Assembly: GCA_026770705.1 (NCBI GenBank)
Contig: JANJGN010000036.1
Span: 744,001 to 808,000, forward strand
From: Isurus oxyrinchus
Lineage: Eukaryota
Direction of reading: 5' to 3'
Length of the DNA: 64,000 nucleotides
Each line of letters begins with the position of its first letter. The stretch's first letter is position 1. The notes under the pieces are model-generated. The model was not told the origin of the DNA. It did not search any database and saw only the letters and a program-made list of their open reading frames with translations. Of this stretch, positions 62,724 through 64,000 are shown one piece after another. A program made the translations under genes and the position numbers.

Positions 62724-64000
62724 GAATGCTGTTTCATGCTCTCGTCTGCACCTGGAAAATTTTATTAATTTTGCTTCAAATTTTCTCCCCTCCATCATTT
62801 TCACATGGACTATCTCTGAAACTTCCCTTCCCTTCCTTGACCTCTCTTTCTCAGTTTCTGGTGATCAACTGTGCACCAATATCCATTACAAGCCTACCGA
62901 CTCCCACAGCTACCTTGACCACAGCTCCACACACCCCACTTCCTGTAAGGACTCCATCCCATTCTCTCAGTTCCTTGGCCTCCGTCACATCTGTTCTGAT
63001 GATGCCACTTCCTCTAACATGTCCTCCTTCTTCCTTAACCAAGGTTTTCCACCCATGGTCGTTGACAGGGCTCTCAACCGTGTCCGGCCCATCTCCCATG
63101 CTTCCACCTTCACACCTTGTTTTCCCTCCCAGAAACATGATAGGGTCCCGCTTGTCCTCACTTATCACCCCACCAGCCTCCGCATTCAAAGGTTCATCCT
63201 CCATCATTTTCGCTAACTCCAGCATGATGACACCACCAAACATAACTTCCCTTCAGCCCCCGTAGCATTCCGTAGGGATCGCTCCCTCCGGGACACCCTG
63301 GTCCACGCCTCCATCACCCCCTACTCCTCAACCCCATCCTGTGGCACCACCCCATGCCCACGCAAAAGATGCAACACCTGCCCCTTCACTTCCTCTCTCC
63401 TCACCGTCCAAGGACCCAAACATTCCTTTCAAGTGAAGCAGCATTTCACTTGCATTTCCCCCAACTTAGTCTACTGCATTCGTTGCTCCCAATGTGGTCT
63501 CCTCTACATTGGAGAGACCAAACGTAAACTGGGCGACCGCTTTGCAAAACACCTGCGGTCTGTCCACAAGAATGACCCAAAGCTCCCTGTCGCTTGCCAT
63601 TTTAACACTCCACCCTGCTCTCTTGCCCACATGTCTGTCCTTGGCTTGCTGCATTGTTCCAGTGAAGCCCAACGCAAACTGGAGGAACAACACCTCATCT
63701 TCCGTCTAGGCACTTTACAGACTTCTGGACTGAATATTGAATTCAACAACTTTAGGTCGTGAGCTCCCTCCCCCATCCCCACCCCCTTTCTGTTTCCCAC
63801 TTTCTTTTTTTCCAATAAATTATAAAGATTTTCCTTTTCCCACCAATTTCCATTATTAAAAAAAACACCCGCTCTAGAGCTATACCTTGAGTGCCCTACC
63901 ATCCATTCTTAATTAGCACATTTGTTTAGATAATATCACCAACTTCAACTTTAACACCTATGTGTTCTATTGTACTATTGTCGTTGACATCTTTTGATGA
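62724..64000 (+). mobile_element. Penelope-like retroelement (RT C-terminus + GIY-YIG endonuclease), disrupted
   Basis: LPFLDL..YKPTDSHSYL..SIPFSQFL (RT thumb) and VYCIRCSQCGLLYIGETKRKLGDRFAKH (GIY-YIG); stop at ~63214. Confidence 0.92.

Overview
Vertebrate genomic DNA, almost certainly from a cartilaginous fish (shark-type CR1 LINEs, Deu-domain SINEs, a Penelope element, (CA)n/(CT)n tracts, five short N-gaps). The window holds a tandemly duplicated cluster of non-rearranging, antigen-receptor-like immunoglobulin-superfamily genes. Each is built leader / germline-joined V-J exon / ~80-100 bp intron / C1-set exon / TM exon with a juxtamembrane Cys / short cytoplasmic exons ending in a tyrosine motif. 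There are two divergent families in head-to-head orientation. Family A (minus strand) has one intact 321-aa gene (A2, 23626-31138), a pseudogene (A1) and a 5'-deleted copy with an Arg in its TM and no tyrosine motif (A3). Family B (plus strand) has two intact genes (B1, 3882-9208, 303 aa; B3, 49878-54393, 302 aa), each followed by a B-like pseudogene. Exon models were built by hand from GT-AG sites and phase continuity. The V and J parts are not flanked by RSS. My inference is a germline-encoded, TCR/Ig-light-chain-like paired receptor system, possibly a disulfide-linked A:B heterodimer with inhibitory and activating forms, evolving by birth-and-death and V-domain diversifying selection. The labels A, B and C are my own.
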